Shown here: positions 27,602 through 37,699 of the stretch, one piece after another
How positions within the stretch are numbered: position 1 is the first letter of the stretch
Layout: the number at the start of each line of letters is the position of its first letter
From: Eledone cirrhosa
Taxonomy: Eukaryota
Assembly (NCBI GenBank): GCA_964016885.1
Contig: OZ024742.1
Span: forward strand, 204,538,001 to 204,602,000
DNA length: 64,000 nt
Reading direction: 5' to 3'
Notes under the pieces: model-generated
What the model saw: the letters and a program-made list of their open reading frames with translations, nothing else
What the model was told of the DNA's origin: nothing
The model's database searches: none
Position numbers and translations under genes: made by a program

Positions 27602-27682
<81 letters not shown>

Positions 27683-27685
<3 letters not shown>

Positions 27686-29430
27686 GAAATGACAGGAGGC
27701 TGGATTTGTGTAAATCCTTGAAAGGTTTATTATACTATGATCATTTCAATGACCGAGTTCCGTATGAATCCGGTGATATCATCAGGTATTCGAAATATAA
27801 TTCGTGAATGTAAAAGATAAAATCCATGTGGCTGAAAATCGAGGACCCGAGGGCGACCGCTATCTTGCACCCTCTACCTTAGCCGGTCGCTCTCGGGTGA
27901 CGTGGCTAAAGCTCACAGTGTGCTACTACCGGTCAGATAAAGGAAAACAGAAAGGGATGGGAACATAAGTTACAAGACAAAAGATAGACAGAAAGAAAGG
28001 AGAGAAGAAGGGGGAAGGAAGAAGAAGATAAGCCAGGGTTAATGTCAGCTATAAGAAGAAAGAGGAGGGAAGGTCGGTATTACAGTCAGGCCAGGATTGT
28101 CGCGAAGAAATTTTTTTATTCTACGGGACCCGTATCTAAACAACTACTACTGGTCAGATATAGGCGAACAAAGAGGGGGAAGGAAGATAAGTCTGCGGGA
28201 GGAAGACAGAAAGAGGGGAGAAAAGAAGGAAGAAAAGGAAGAAGTACAAGAGTAAGGGTTGATGGCTACAAGAGGGAAGATAGAAAGAAAGAGGAAGAAA
28301 GGTCGATATTAATGTCAGACTACAGTCAGGCCAGGAGTGGCGCGAGAAAATGTTCACAGGGACCCGTATCTTAGCAGAGGTGAATATAGTGGGGGTCAGT
28401 GTGTTATAATGTGTGAGCAGAAGATTGAAACGTTACGTTTTTGTTTAGACTTATAGGATTAATAATTAATAATTAATATCAAACAAATTAGAAAATTTAG
28501 AGTTAAACAGTTTAACATTTTAAGGTTGATACATCTAATAGTTCTGATTTGATCTGTAATTTAAAGGTACTATGTGGCGGTTAAAAACCGGCCGCGCTCC
28601 GGGCCCCCCGGGGCGAATTAAGCCACTCCGAGTATTTTCATTTACCGAAAGGAGAAATTTATTTTCCAAGCACTTAAGTTAGGCCCTTGCCTCAGGGGGC
28701 TGGTCGCGCCGCCATTAAAACCCACCCAACAGTCCGACAGAAAGTTGGAACTTTAAAATATAGTTTAAATTTATAGGATGAAGTTGTAGGAATTCAGAAT
28801 AACATTATAAAATTAAAGAGTAAGAAGATGGAGAATTGAACAAACAGAAAATCGAAAATCAAACATTTAAGAAAAACTTCTATAAGGTTTGGGGTTGCGG
28901 GGTTTAATTAAAGAGAGTCTTTTATGAAGAGACGTTAATTGTATTATGTAGATCTATAATTTATCCTAGTGGGATGTAGAGTACGGGATATAGTCGGGTA
29001 ATATTTTTTTGTTCTCATGTCATGTGTTCTAGTGTCATGTGCTAATGGGTACAAGTGAGCAGAAGTCCCAGTAGGAGGAGTAGAAATACATGGATACATA
29101 GAAGTGGAATACGTGGAAGAGCACATTGATAAAACAAAGGTATAAATATATAAATATATCAATATATAAATATAAATATGTAAATAAACCAACAAGAGTG
29201 GTGTTGGAGTAAGATGGAGAAAACAAGACATAGTAGAAGTACAATATAGTTCAGGTTGCAGTATTAATGTTCCCAGGGGGAGACATTCCAGTGTCGGGTG
29301 CTAAGGGTACACGCGAGTAAAAGTCCGAATAAGGGAAGTAAAAGTACATGGATGTATAGAGGTAGAATACGTGGAAAAGCATTAATACAGCAAATAAAGA
29401 TATAAAGATATAAATAAAGTCCGTAATAGC
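27683..29430 (-). mobile_element. non-coding hammerhead-bearing element (PLE 3' UTR or non-autonomous derivative)
   Basis: 3' end abuts (TA)n at 27610-27682. It has a hammerhead ~50 nt from the end, internal repeats and GC hairpins, and no recognisable ORF. The 5' boundary is approximate. Confidence 0.6.
27732..27789 (-). ncRNA. type I hammerhead ribozyme
   Basis: Minus strand: ATAC-CTGATGA-(TATCACCGG..TCGGTCATT)-GAAA-TGATCA-TA-GTAT. Confidence 0.78.
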
Positions 29431-29439
29431 ACCACCAAC

Positions 29440-29552
29440 TACAAAAACAAAGACGGTTGAACTGCTTTACGTTGAGTACTCTCTATATTATTACATTACG
29501 ATTGACCATACGGAATAGACCAGCTCTATACAATGGTGAACCTCAAACCTGA
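29440..29552 (+). mobile_element. short PLE-type 3' terminal stub
   Basis: GTTGAGTACT motif followed ~73 nt later by (TA)n. Confidence 0.4.
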
Positions 29553-29584
<32 letters not shown>

Positions 29585-29616
29585 ATAAATGGAAACTATA
29601 TTTATAAAACCATATT

Positions 29617-29682
29617 TATTTCGTTATATATATTTCAGGGATATCATATTAACAATATGTTATGCCATCTTCAGACAAAATA
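29617..29682 (-). ncRNA. type I hammerhead ribozyme (mirror copy)
   Basis: Reverse complement of 29835-29900. Confidence 0.75.
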
Positions 29683-29834
29683 CAATATAAACAGTCTTAT
29701 AAATAAATAGATACGACATACCTTTCAATCACCTTGCATTTGGGAGGTTGATTTGGCAGTCCAAATCAACCTCCCAAATGCAAGGTGATTGAAAGGTATG
29801 TCGTATCTATTTATTTATAAGACTGTTTATATTG

Positions 29835-29900
29835 TATTTTGTCTGAAGATGGCATAACATATTGTTAATATGATATCCCTGAAATATATATAACGAAATA
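29835..29900 (+). ncRNA. type I hammerhead ribozyme
   Basis: TATTTTGT-CTGAAGA-31-nt stem II-GAAA-TATATA-TA-ACGAAATA. Confidence 0.78.
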
Positions 29901-30394
29901 AATATGGTTTTATAAATATAGTTTCCATTTATTTAATATCATAAATATACTCCAAATACTTGTTGAGTGCTTTTATATCAGTTATAAATATTTACTCGTT
30001 GTTAACCCAACAATTTAAATATAACTTTCCATATATATATATATATATATATACGAAATATTGGATAGAAAAAAGAACAACAAAAAAATAAGACAAAGAT
30101 TATCAGTTAACTTACTTTTTGTTACCTCATCTTACAGTCCATTTTGCATTGTTTAGCCTTATATCTCTTTCAACGTTATATATTATACACAATTCAAGCA
30201 AACTATATTTTATTTTATATATATATATATGACAAGTAAGTATGTTTTGAAACACCGAACGAGTTTGAAATTAGAAATAGAAACTTTCACCGTATTTTTT
30301 ACTAAAGAAATTTTAGCCTCATATAGTGGGGGTTTAGAACTCTCTAAGAAATGGAAAAAGATGAGTATTGACGTACATGTTTATGAGATAGAGA

Positions 30395-30450
<56 letters not shown>

Positions 30451-30572
30451 AGGAGGTGAGTTTTATTGTAGTACAATAAAGCAATGCAGATATCGGATAA
30501 GTAGCACTCTACAGTTTGTAGGACTGGAGTATAAATAATATAAGATCAAAAGATGGTTAAAAGAGTTCCATG

Positions 30573-30643
30573 TATTTTATTATGCGCATTTCAAAAACAA
30601 ATATCATCATGAGACGACATTTGCGTTTTCGTCAGATAAAATA
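30573..30643 (-). ncRNA. type I hammerhead ribozyme in the 3' pLTR
   Basis: Minus strand: TATTTTAT-CTGACGA-AAACGCAAATGTCGTC TCAT GATGATATTTGTTTTT-GAAA-TGCGCA-TA-ATAAAATA. Confidence 0.88.
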
Positions 30644-31140
30644 GGGAGACATGATATGAAGGTTAAAAAACACTTGTGAATAGTGCAGTTTTAAATCAAC
30701 ATATGAAAAGTAATTTAAGATTAATGTTTGATATTGGGAAAAAAATGAGGGGGGGGGGGGCGTGGAAAGGATGAAAAAGAGGAGGAGATGAGAGTAAAGA
30801 ATGGTGGTGGAGGAGTATAATAAGGAAGGATGAGATAGGAGGAGAGGTGGGTGATAGAAAGAGAGAGATAGCCTTTATAACTGAGAAAAATATATTGTTT
30901 CACAGAGAGAGGTTAAAAAGCTGTTGGAAGATAATATATAATTTAAAAGAATTTGAAAATTGATGAAGAGAAAAAAATTAATGAAGAGAAAACAATTAAG
31001 AATAATGTTAAATTAAGGTTTGTATATTGAAGGGTTTAATAATATGTGCGATGAAAAAAGTTGTTAATATGTGTTATTAAAATAAAAATATTAATGTTAT
31101 TAAGGATATAATGTGAAAAGAAGTAGAAGAGTGGATGAAT

Positions 31141-32310
31141 TTTTAAGTTATGTTGGTTAAAGAGATGACGCATATTGTTCTTAATAATATTAAGGTTAAC
31201 TATGTTGCAATTTAAGATAGTAAAAAGTTCATCGTCCCGATAAATTCCACCGCGAAGTTGAGGAATTTTCCGATTCAAAGAGTTCAAAATAAAGATACCA
31301 ATTAAATCTGTCAATTGGGATGAATCGGATGCACCCATTGTAATGTCAAAGTTGTTGGAGGTATCAGCTCTAGTCCAGTATTCATTGTTGAATTCTAAGA
31401 TGGTTTTACGTGCGGTGAGAATGATGTGAAGTTCATCTGTGGTGATGTCTGAATATTTATAAGCGAAAGTTAGAGAATTGTTGAGCAGTGAGGGCGAAAT
31501 AGAAGAATAGTAGCTGGCAATATCAAATTGAATAAATGTTTGTTTGTTTTTCTTATTCAAGTTGTTGAACCAGCCAATTACTTCAGATGTACCAAACCAT
31601 AAATTTAAGTTAGAAGTAGAGCAATTAGAACGAACCTGTGGGATAATTCTATCCAAGACGGCTTTGCTAACAACCCTCAGATCTGATTTAGAGGGAGCGA
31701 TTAGTCTAACAGGGAGTTCCGTACGAAAGTTGTTTTTGTGATCCTTGAGATTTATCCTCGGAGTTCTTGGGAGGAATGGTTCGGTCTTTTTTTCGATGCC
31801 AAGTTTTGACATAATCTCAGAAGCTTCAAAGTTTATGGATTCTAAATTATCATGGTTAGTTTTACGATAGTTCTTCCTAAGTTCCTTAAGGATAAGGTTG
31901 TTATAGTTATCCTTAGATATACCATATAAATTATTTGTTTTGTTGGAGTGGACTAAAACATTTTTTGAGGAATTAAGGTTTAAAATCGTATTCTTGAGAT
32001 TTACAAGGTGCTCTTGTCCTCTCTAAGGGTTTCTCTTGAATTTAAGATTTTTTATAATGTTAGTTAACTCTTCCTCAAATTGCACTAGATTTTTGTTGGA
32101 AGGAGGATTTCTTCTAGATTTAAATAAATGATCGAGAAAGTTATGTTCCTTGGTATAGAAGTTCCCTTTTAGGCGCTGGTCATAGAAAAAAGCTATCCAT
32201 CTAAGCCTTCTCATAAAGAAGTCAGTTTTTTCAATCAGAAGTTTGGTGAATTCAGATTTACCAGGTATAGGAATGTCTTTAGTTGAAGTGGTTATGTTGT
32301 AATAATTCAT
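31141..32310 (-). pseudogene. PLE reverse transcriptase, frameshifted near 32023 and deleted for the thumb and endonuclease
   Basis: STKDIPIP, RRLRWIAFF, LKDHK, QFDIASYYSSI, ITMGASDSSQ, GIYRDD; clearly homologous to the 22550 ORF. Confidence 0.92.
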
Positions 32311-32514
32311 GTTGTAGAAGAAAAAGTGAAGGACCATCAAAAGGTATCCAATACGAGAGTTAGCGCTCAACCGTTAAGGAGCAAGTTAATGTAGGAGGTG
32401 AGTTTTATTGTAGTACAATAAAGCAATGCAGATATCGGATAAGTAGCACTCTACAGTTTGTAGGACTGGAGTATAAATAATATAAGATCAAAAGATGGTT
32501 AAAAGAGTTCCATG

Positions 32515-32585
32515 TATTTTATTATGCGCATTTCAAAAACAAATATCATCATGAGACGACATTTGCGTTTTCGTCAGATAAAATA
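32515..32585 (-). ncRNA. type I hammerhead ribozyme in the 5' pLTR
   Basis: Identical to 30573-30643 at an offset of 1942 bp. Confidence 0.88.
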
Positions 32586-33509
32586 GGGAGACATGATATG
32601 AAGGTTAAAAAAACACTTGTGAATAGTGCAGTTTTAAATCAACATATGAAAAGTAATTTAAGATTGATGTTTGATATTGGGGAAAAAATGAGGGGGGTTG
32701 GAAAGGATGAAAAAGAGGAGGAGATGAGAGTAAAGAATGGTGGGAGAGGAGTATAATAAGGAAGGATGAGATAGGAGGAGAGATGGGTGATAGAAAGAGA
32801 GACATATCCTTTATAACTGAGAAAAATATATTGTTTCACAGAGAGAGGTTAAAAAGCCGTTGGAATTTTAAAAGAATTTGAAAATTGATGAAGAGAAAAA
32901 ATTAATGAAGAGAAAAGAATTAAGAATAATATTAAATTAAGGTTTGTATATTGAAGGGTTTAATAATATGTGCGATGAAAAGAAATTGTTAATATGTATT
33001 AAGAATAATATTAAATTAAGGTTTGTATATTGAAGGGTTTAATAATATGTGCGATGAAAAGAAGTTGCTAATATGTGTTATTAAAATGAAAATATTAATG
33101 TTATTAAGGATATAATGTGAAAAGAAGTAGAAGAGTGGATGAATTATGAATTTAGAGGAATTAGTTAGTGTTTAAGTTTGTTTTTATGTAATGTAATATG
33201 TATGCGTAATATATGTAAATAGTTTGTTTACAAATGAGCGCAGAAAGTAAAGAAGAAAATAGTGTTTAAGGAAGAGAAGACTCTAACATCAAAATATATA
33301 TGTTTATGAAGTAATTCCTAATGGTAATAATATAATGTAATAAAGGAGATTAGTTAGGGTTTAAGTTTGTTTTTATGTATTGTGATGTGTAATATATACA
33401 AGTTAGACGAGCATGAAAGGGCGAAAAAAATATAATGAACTGAGGATGAATAATCTAACGTCAAAAAATGTTTATGTTTACGAAGGATTTTTAAAGGTAA
33501 TACTATAGG

Positions 33510-34094
33510 CTAGTTTCTGCAAACCCAAATACGACGTCAAACGAAACTTCGTTAAATGTTCTTAATACCAATTTAAATCAGGAAACTACTATTCCTATCG
33601 TAAATAACTTCTCCAATCCAATTCCTCCTATAGATAACACTAGGTCACTTGTTAATAACTCTGTTAATTTCTCTAATCGCAATTGTAATTGTCCTCTCAA
33701 CAACCATTGTCTTGAAAAAAACTTAATCTATGAATGTAAAGTTATAACTGACACCAATTCCTTTACCTATTTTGACTCCACTTCCACCTCCTTTAAAGCC
33801 CGTCTTTATAATCACCATTCTTCTTTTAAATACCAACTTAAAAGAACCAACACAGCACTCTCATAACTCATATGGTCCTTGAAAGACAAAAATATTAACT
33901 ATAACATCTCTTGGAGGAAAGTTTGTTCTGCCTCCCCCTACTTGAATGCCTCTCTATCCAAAACATGTAATCTTTGTTTATGTGAGAAATTTACCATTAT
34001 ATCTAATTTAGATTCTATAATAAATAGACGCACTGACTTATTTTCTCTCTGCTTGCATAAATTCCACAGAACATTCTATAAAGTATACAGCTAA
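33510..34094 (+). pseudogene. PLE GIY-YIG endonuclease fragment
   Basis: NCNCPLNNHCLEKNLIYECKV..TYFD..FKARLYNH..(stop)..[17 protein letters not shown]. Confidence 0.85.
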
Positions 34095-35212
34095 TATCTA
34101 ATACTTTACCAGTTTAAAATCATTTTTCTCAAAGGCATATATATATATTTCTTTAAAAATATACCCATCTTTCTACCTTATTTCAATGTTATTTATTATA
34201 CATTATATAATACTAGTTACTCATTCTATATCATTCCTATTTATCACTTCCCTTTCTTCCTTTTTTCTTTTAATTTCTAACCTCTAATCTGTACTTTTTC
34301 TTCCTAGAGGGTGGGGTAGTCGAAACAATAAGTAAAACAATATGGGGTAAATATATAGAAGAATACCGAGAATGTTAAAGGTATAAAAAAAACAATTTCT
34401 GGTTACTATTCCCTAACGACAGTCATCAAGTCTCTCACTGGTACTGCTAAACTATAGAAAAGTTTATTAGGTGGGACGGAATTATAATGAGACCATTTTA
34501 AGAGTTAGTAGTAATCAACCGATTATATCTTACGGTGACAGGTCAACAAGTGGGGGCCAAAATACTAAAGAAACTACCACGAAATAATAATTCAGAGTCC
34601 CGAGACTAATACGAAATAATTGTTTCTACCCTAGGCACAAGGCCAGCAACCACCCAGTGCAAAAAAAACTAATACGAAATAATAATTCAGAATCCCGAAA
34701 ATGAATATTAATACTATCTCTAAGGGTGTCGCTACGATACAAAAATTCTAGTGCAAGCTACATAAATGCTCGTACGAAGTATACGAAAAATTTGATACGG
34801 AAAATTAATTCAGAATCCCCCACCCCACCCCAAAAAATAAATACTGATATACGAGAAATTAAAGCAAAGATACCATTAATAAATGTAGAAAGCACCGAAA
34901 TGGGGCAGCCATCGGATAAGAAAGCAAGTATCCGGGGTCTATCACATCTGCTATAAAAAGCGGAGTCGGCCAATTATATCATAGAATAGGGGAAGGGGGT
35001 GGGGGTACTGAGGCTACAAAGGACCGAGGGGCTGTCTCGGGTGGGCGAAAGAGTGAAAAGGACGACGACAAAGAAAGAGGACTGGGGTGGAAGGACTAGG
35101 AAGGGATGGGGAAGAAGGAAATATAGAGGAAGCGATAAAAAGATATAAAAGAAGATCTTACGTCTACCTTTGCAAGCAGGGGTTACCCATTACGAAGTCG
35201 GCAAGTGGGGTG

Positions 35213-35550
35213 TTACAGCCCTTGTCTACCACCCCCCACCCCCGGGTCATTATGGAGTTTGAGGGCCAAGTAAGTCCTACGCAATCTGTGTTTGCATGCA
35301 GTTACCAGTTCGTCTTTCTTGTTTAGGAGTTGGTCTGGACAGTAAGCTCCAAGTGAGATCATAGGTAATATTGTTATCCTTGAGGTCCCAGATGTGGCCC
35401 GAAAGTGTGGTGGCGTGACGCCGGGCCGGGTTTCGGAAGGTATGTCTGTGTTGGTATAGCCGGGTCTTGAAGTCACATGCGGTTAATCCTATATAAGCTT
35501 TGTTGGAGGTGTCCGTCCTCACGTTGCACTGGTAGATCACATTACGATCT
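35213..35550 (-). pseudogene. PLE GIY-YIG endonuclease fragment from a more GC-rich family
   Basis: NVIYQCNV..AYIGLT..FKTRLYQH..LSGHIW, then a frameshift/deletion into LNKKDELVTACKH. Confidence 0.87.
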
Positions 35551-35789
35551 CTGCATGTCGATGGGGCAAATGGATCCATCAGGACAGTTGCACCTCCTGG
35601 TCGGCTCTCCACTGCTATTTAGGTTATTTCTTCCATAGGGGTTGAGTTTTTTTTGTTGTGAGAGGAGACGATGTTTTGTGCAAAGATTGGTGTGGTGCTT
35701 CTTCTACTGGCAGGTTCAGCTACCCCTTCCTTCCACAAATTGCCATGATAGAATTATGTGTCTCAACAACAAACTTTTGACCAATCCTT

Positions 35790-35935
35790 GTGACAATCAC
35801 TTTTACTGCACAAGCCAGTCCCACTCTCTTAACCAAGATGATATTTACCAAAAAGGGTTGCAGGTGTTATATCAGAGTTTTCCTTCTCCGAGAATTCTGC
35901 CTTGACAAAGGCTAAGGGGTAATCTCTCCTGGATA
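35790..35935 (-). mobile_element. dispersed repeat, probably RTE-related; second copy at ~50210-50360
   Basis: Shared CTCTCTTAACCAAGATGATATTTACC...GAATTCTGCCTTGACAAAGGCTAAGGGGT. The RTE link and orientation are from memory of RTE 5' UTRs. Confidence 0.6.
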
Positions 35936-36302
35936 TATATACATACATACATTCACGCACGCGCACAAGTATAGCTCTTTATACAAAACGTTTTTTTTTT
36001 TGTTTTTGTTTTGTTTTTTTCATTTCAGGTCGATATGCTCCATCATCCACTTTTCTAAAAAGATATATCATACACAAAACGCCAATATCAACAGTTTTCC
36101 AAGAGATGAAAACAAGATTATTTTTATCAGTGCATTATTGGTACTTTATTTCATCCTTACAGGGTCAATAAAATAAAGTACCAGCAATGCACGGGGTAGT
36201 TTCTGGCCTTGTGCCAAAAGTTGAAACAATAATTTTCATCTAAAGACATTTTTTCTAATTCCACTCCACCCGTCCCTTCAATCTATCTTATTTCTCATTC
36301 TT

Positions 36303-36338
36303 TCTTCTGATGAAGGACTGGCGTCCGCAACGTTAAGA
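36303..36338 (+). ncRNA. minimal hammerhead remnant (GAAA mutated to GCAA)
   Basis: TCTT-CTGATGA-A-GGAC TGGC GTCC-GCAA-CG-TT-AAGA. Confidence 0.6.
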
Positions 36339-36643
36339 CCCTCTTTCTGCTATTTCAAGCATTAACCTAATATATTCCTTCTATATACTATACCGTTTGT
36401 GTTGTTATTTCTGTTTACCTTTTACATACATACATATATATATGATGATTTCTCCCGAATGGAACAGTTCTAGTCCTGTAGAAGCCATTTATATATTAAA
36501 TAGTTATACTCTGCTATGTATTGAGTACCTTACTTACTGTGATTACCCCCGATTGAACCCGGGATAAACATATACAGTATATATATACATATATATGTAC
36601 ATACACTCACTATTTCATACACATATACACACACATTTACAAG

Positions 36644-36746
<103 letters not shown>

Positions 36747-37126
36747 ATTATAACGTGATATAATAAAGTATTCAAAGGGCTAATTTATAGCAATTACAGC
36801 AGCTAATATGGCTGATGATGATGATGACCGCTAATGCAGGAGAAGGGGGAGGTACATTTCTGTGTGGCTTTACTTTCCTTCTAATTAACCTGTCGGTAAA
36901 GATTGCGGTAGAAGAGGACATGTTTATTTTCTTGATACAACAATATGGCAACTTGTAGTGATGTGAGGTTGTAGTTGTTGTTACTGTTATTGTTGTTTAT
37001 AACGAGCTGACAAATTTCAGTAGTTCATTATATAATAAGGTGAAACAGAAGAAGTATTCACGTTGGTACAAATTTAATACATGTTAATCACATATATATA
37101 CCCAAGCAAGTGCACACAAACACACA

Positions 37127-37199
<73 letters not shown>

Positions 37200-37204
<5 letters not shown>

Positions 37205-37530
37205 GCTTAGTGGTTAGAGAATTGGGCTTGCAATCGAAAGGTTGTGAGTTCGATTATCAGACCGGGTGAACGCTGTATCCTTGAGCAAGACACTTTTATT
37301 TCACGTTGCTCCAGTTTACTCAGCTGTAGAAATGAGCTGCGACGTCACTGTGTCAAGCCATTTCGGCCATAGCCTTTCCTTTGGACAACATCGGTGTCGT
37401 AGAGAAGGGAAGCCGGTATGTATGGGTGACTACTGGTCTTCCTCAAACAACCTTGCCCGGACCTTGTGCCTCGGAGGTAAACTTTCTAGGTGCAAATCAC
37501 ATGGTCATTCGTGACCGAAGGAGGGGTCCA
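37200..37530 (+). mobile_element. tRNA-derived SINE family B
   Basis: A-box AGCTTAGTGG, B-box GAGTTCGATT, core TCCTTGAGCAAGACACTT. Other copies at 38138-38280 (+), 14225-14310 (-), 48020-48282 (-) and 58910-58950 (+). Confidence 0.82.
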
Positions 37531-37699
37531 AATATATATAACCTATATATTTATATAACGAGGGATGATTCTTTTGTAAAACGAAATCACTTTATATATA
37601 TATATACATTAAAATAAAAATGCCTCTACTCGACTAACGTATTATATACACATCGGGATACACGTATTATATACACATATACACACGCAAAGATAGAAG

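Larger units (their letters stand above)
18256..27610. mobile_element. Penelope-like retroelement (family 1): 5'-truncated inverted copy (18256-22493, minus) joined to a full-ORF copy (22522-27610, plus)
   Basis: Arms 18390-22493 and 23611-27610 are near-identical reverse complements (mirror ORFs 21112..21900/-, 23739..24992/+; 18739..18999/+, 27001..27261/-). Both ends abut (TA)n. Confidence 0.95.
29578..30030. mobile_element. PLE pseudo-LTR stub folded into a 179-bp-arm palindrome (29578-29939), between two (TA)n tracts
   Basis: Arms are exact reverse complements around a CAGT loop (29757-29760). The plus arm continues through GTTGAGTGCT to (TA)n at 30031. Confidence 0.88.
30448..33505 (-). 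mobile_element. Penelope-like element (family 2) with direct pseudo-LTRs (32390-33145 and 30448-31141) and an internal deletion
   Basis: ~700-bp direct repeats flank an RT ORF. The downstream end abuts (TA)n at 30400-30445. Confidence 0.92.

Noticed and set aside
34385-34440. Minus-strand TTGATGA...GAAA hammerhead-like motif
   Set aside because: C3 is missing, and there is no palindromic stem III or stem I pairing.
36029-36140. Strong 3' splice-site-like sequence followed by an open stretch
   Set aside because: The putative donor lies in a SINE fragment and the peptide is unrecognisable; RNA-seq would be needed.
37200-37270. tRNA gene
   Set aside because: A and B boxes are present but there is no acceptor stem, and it runs into a multi-copy SINE body.
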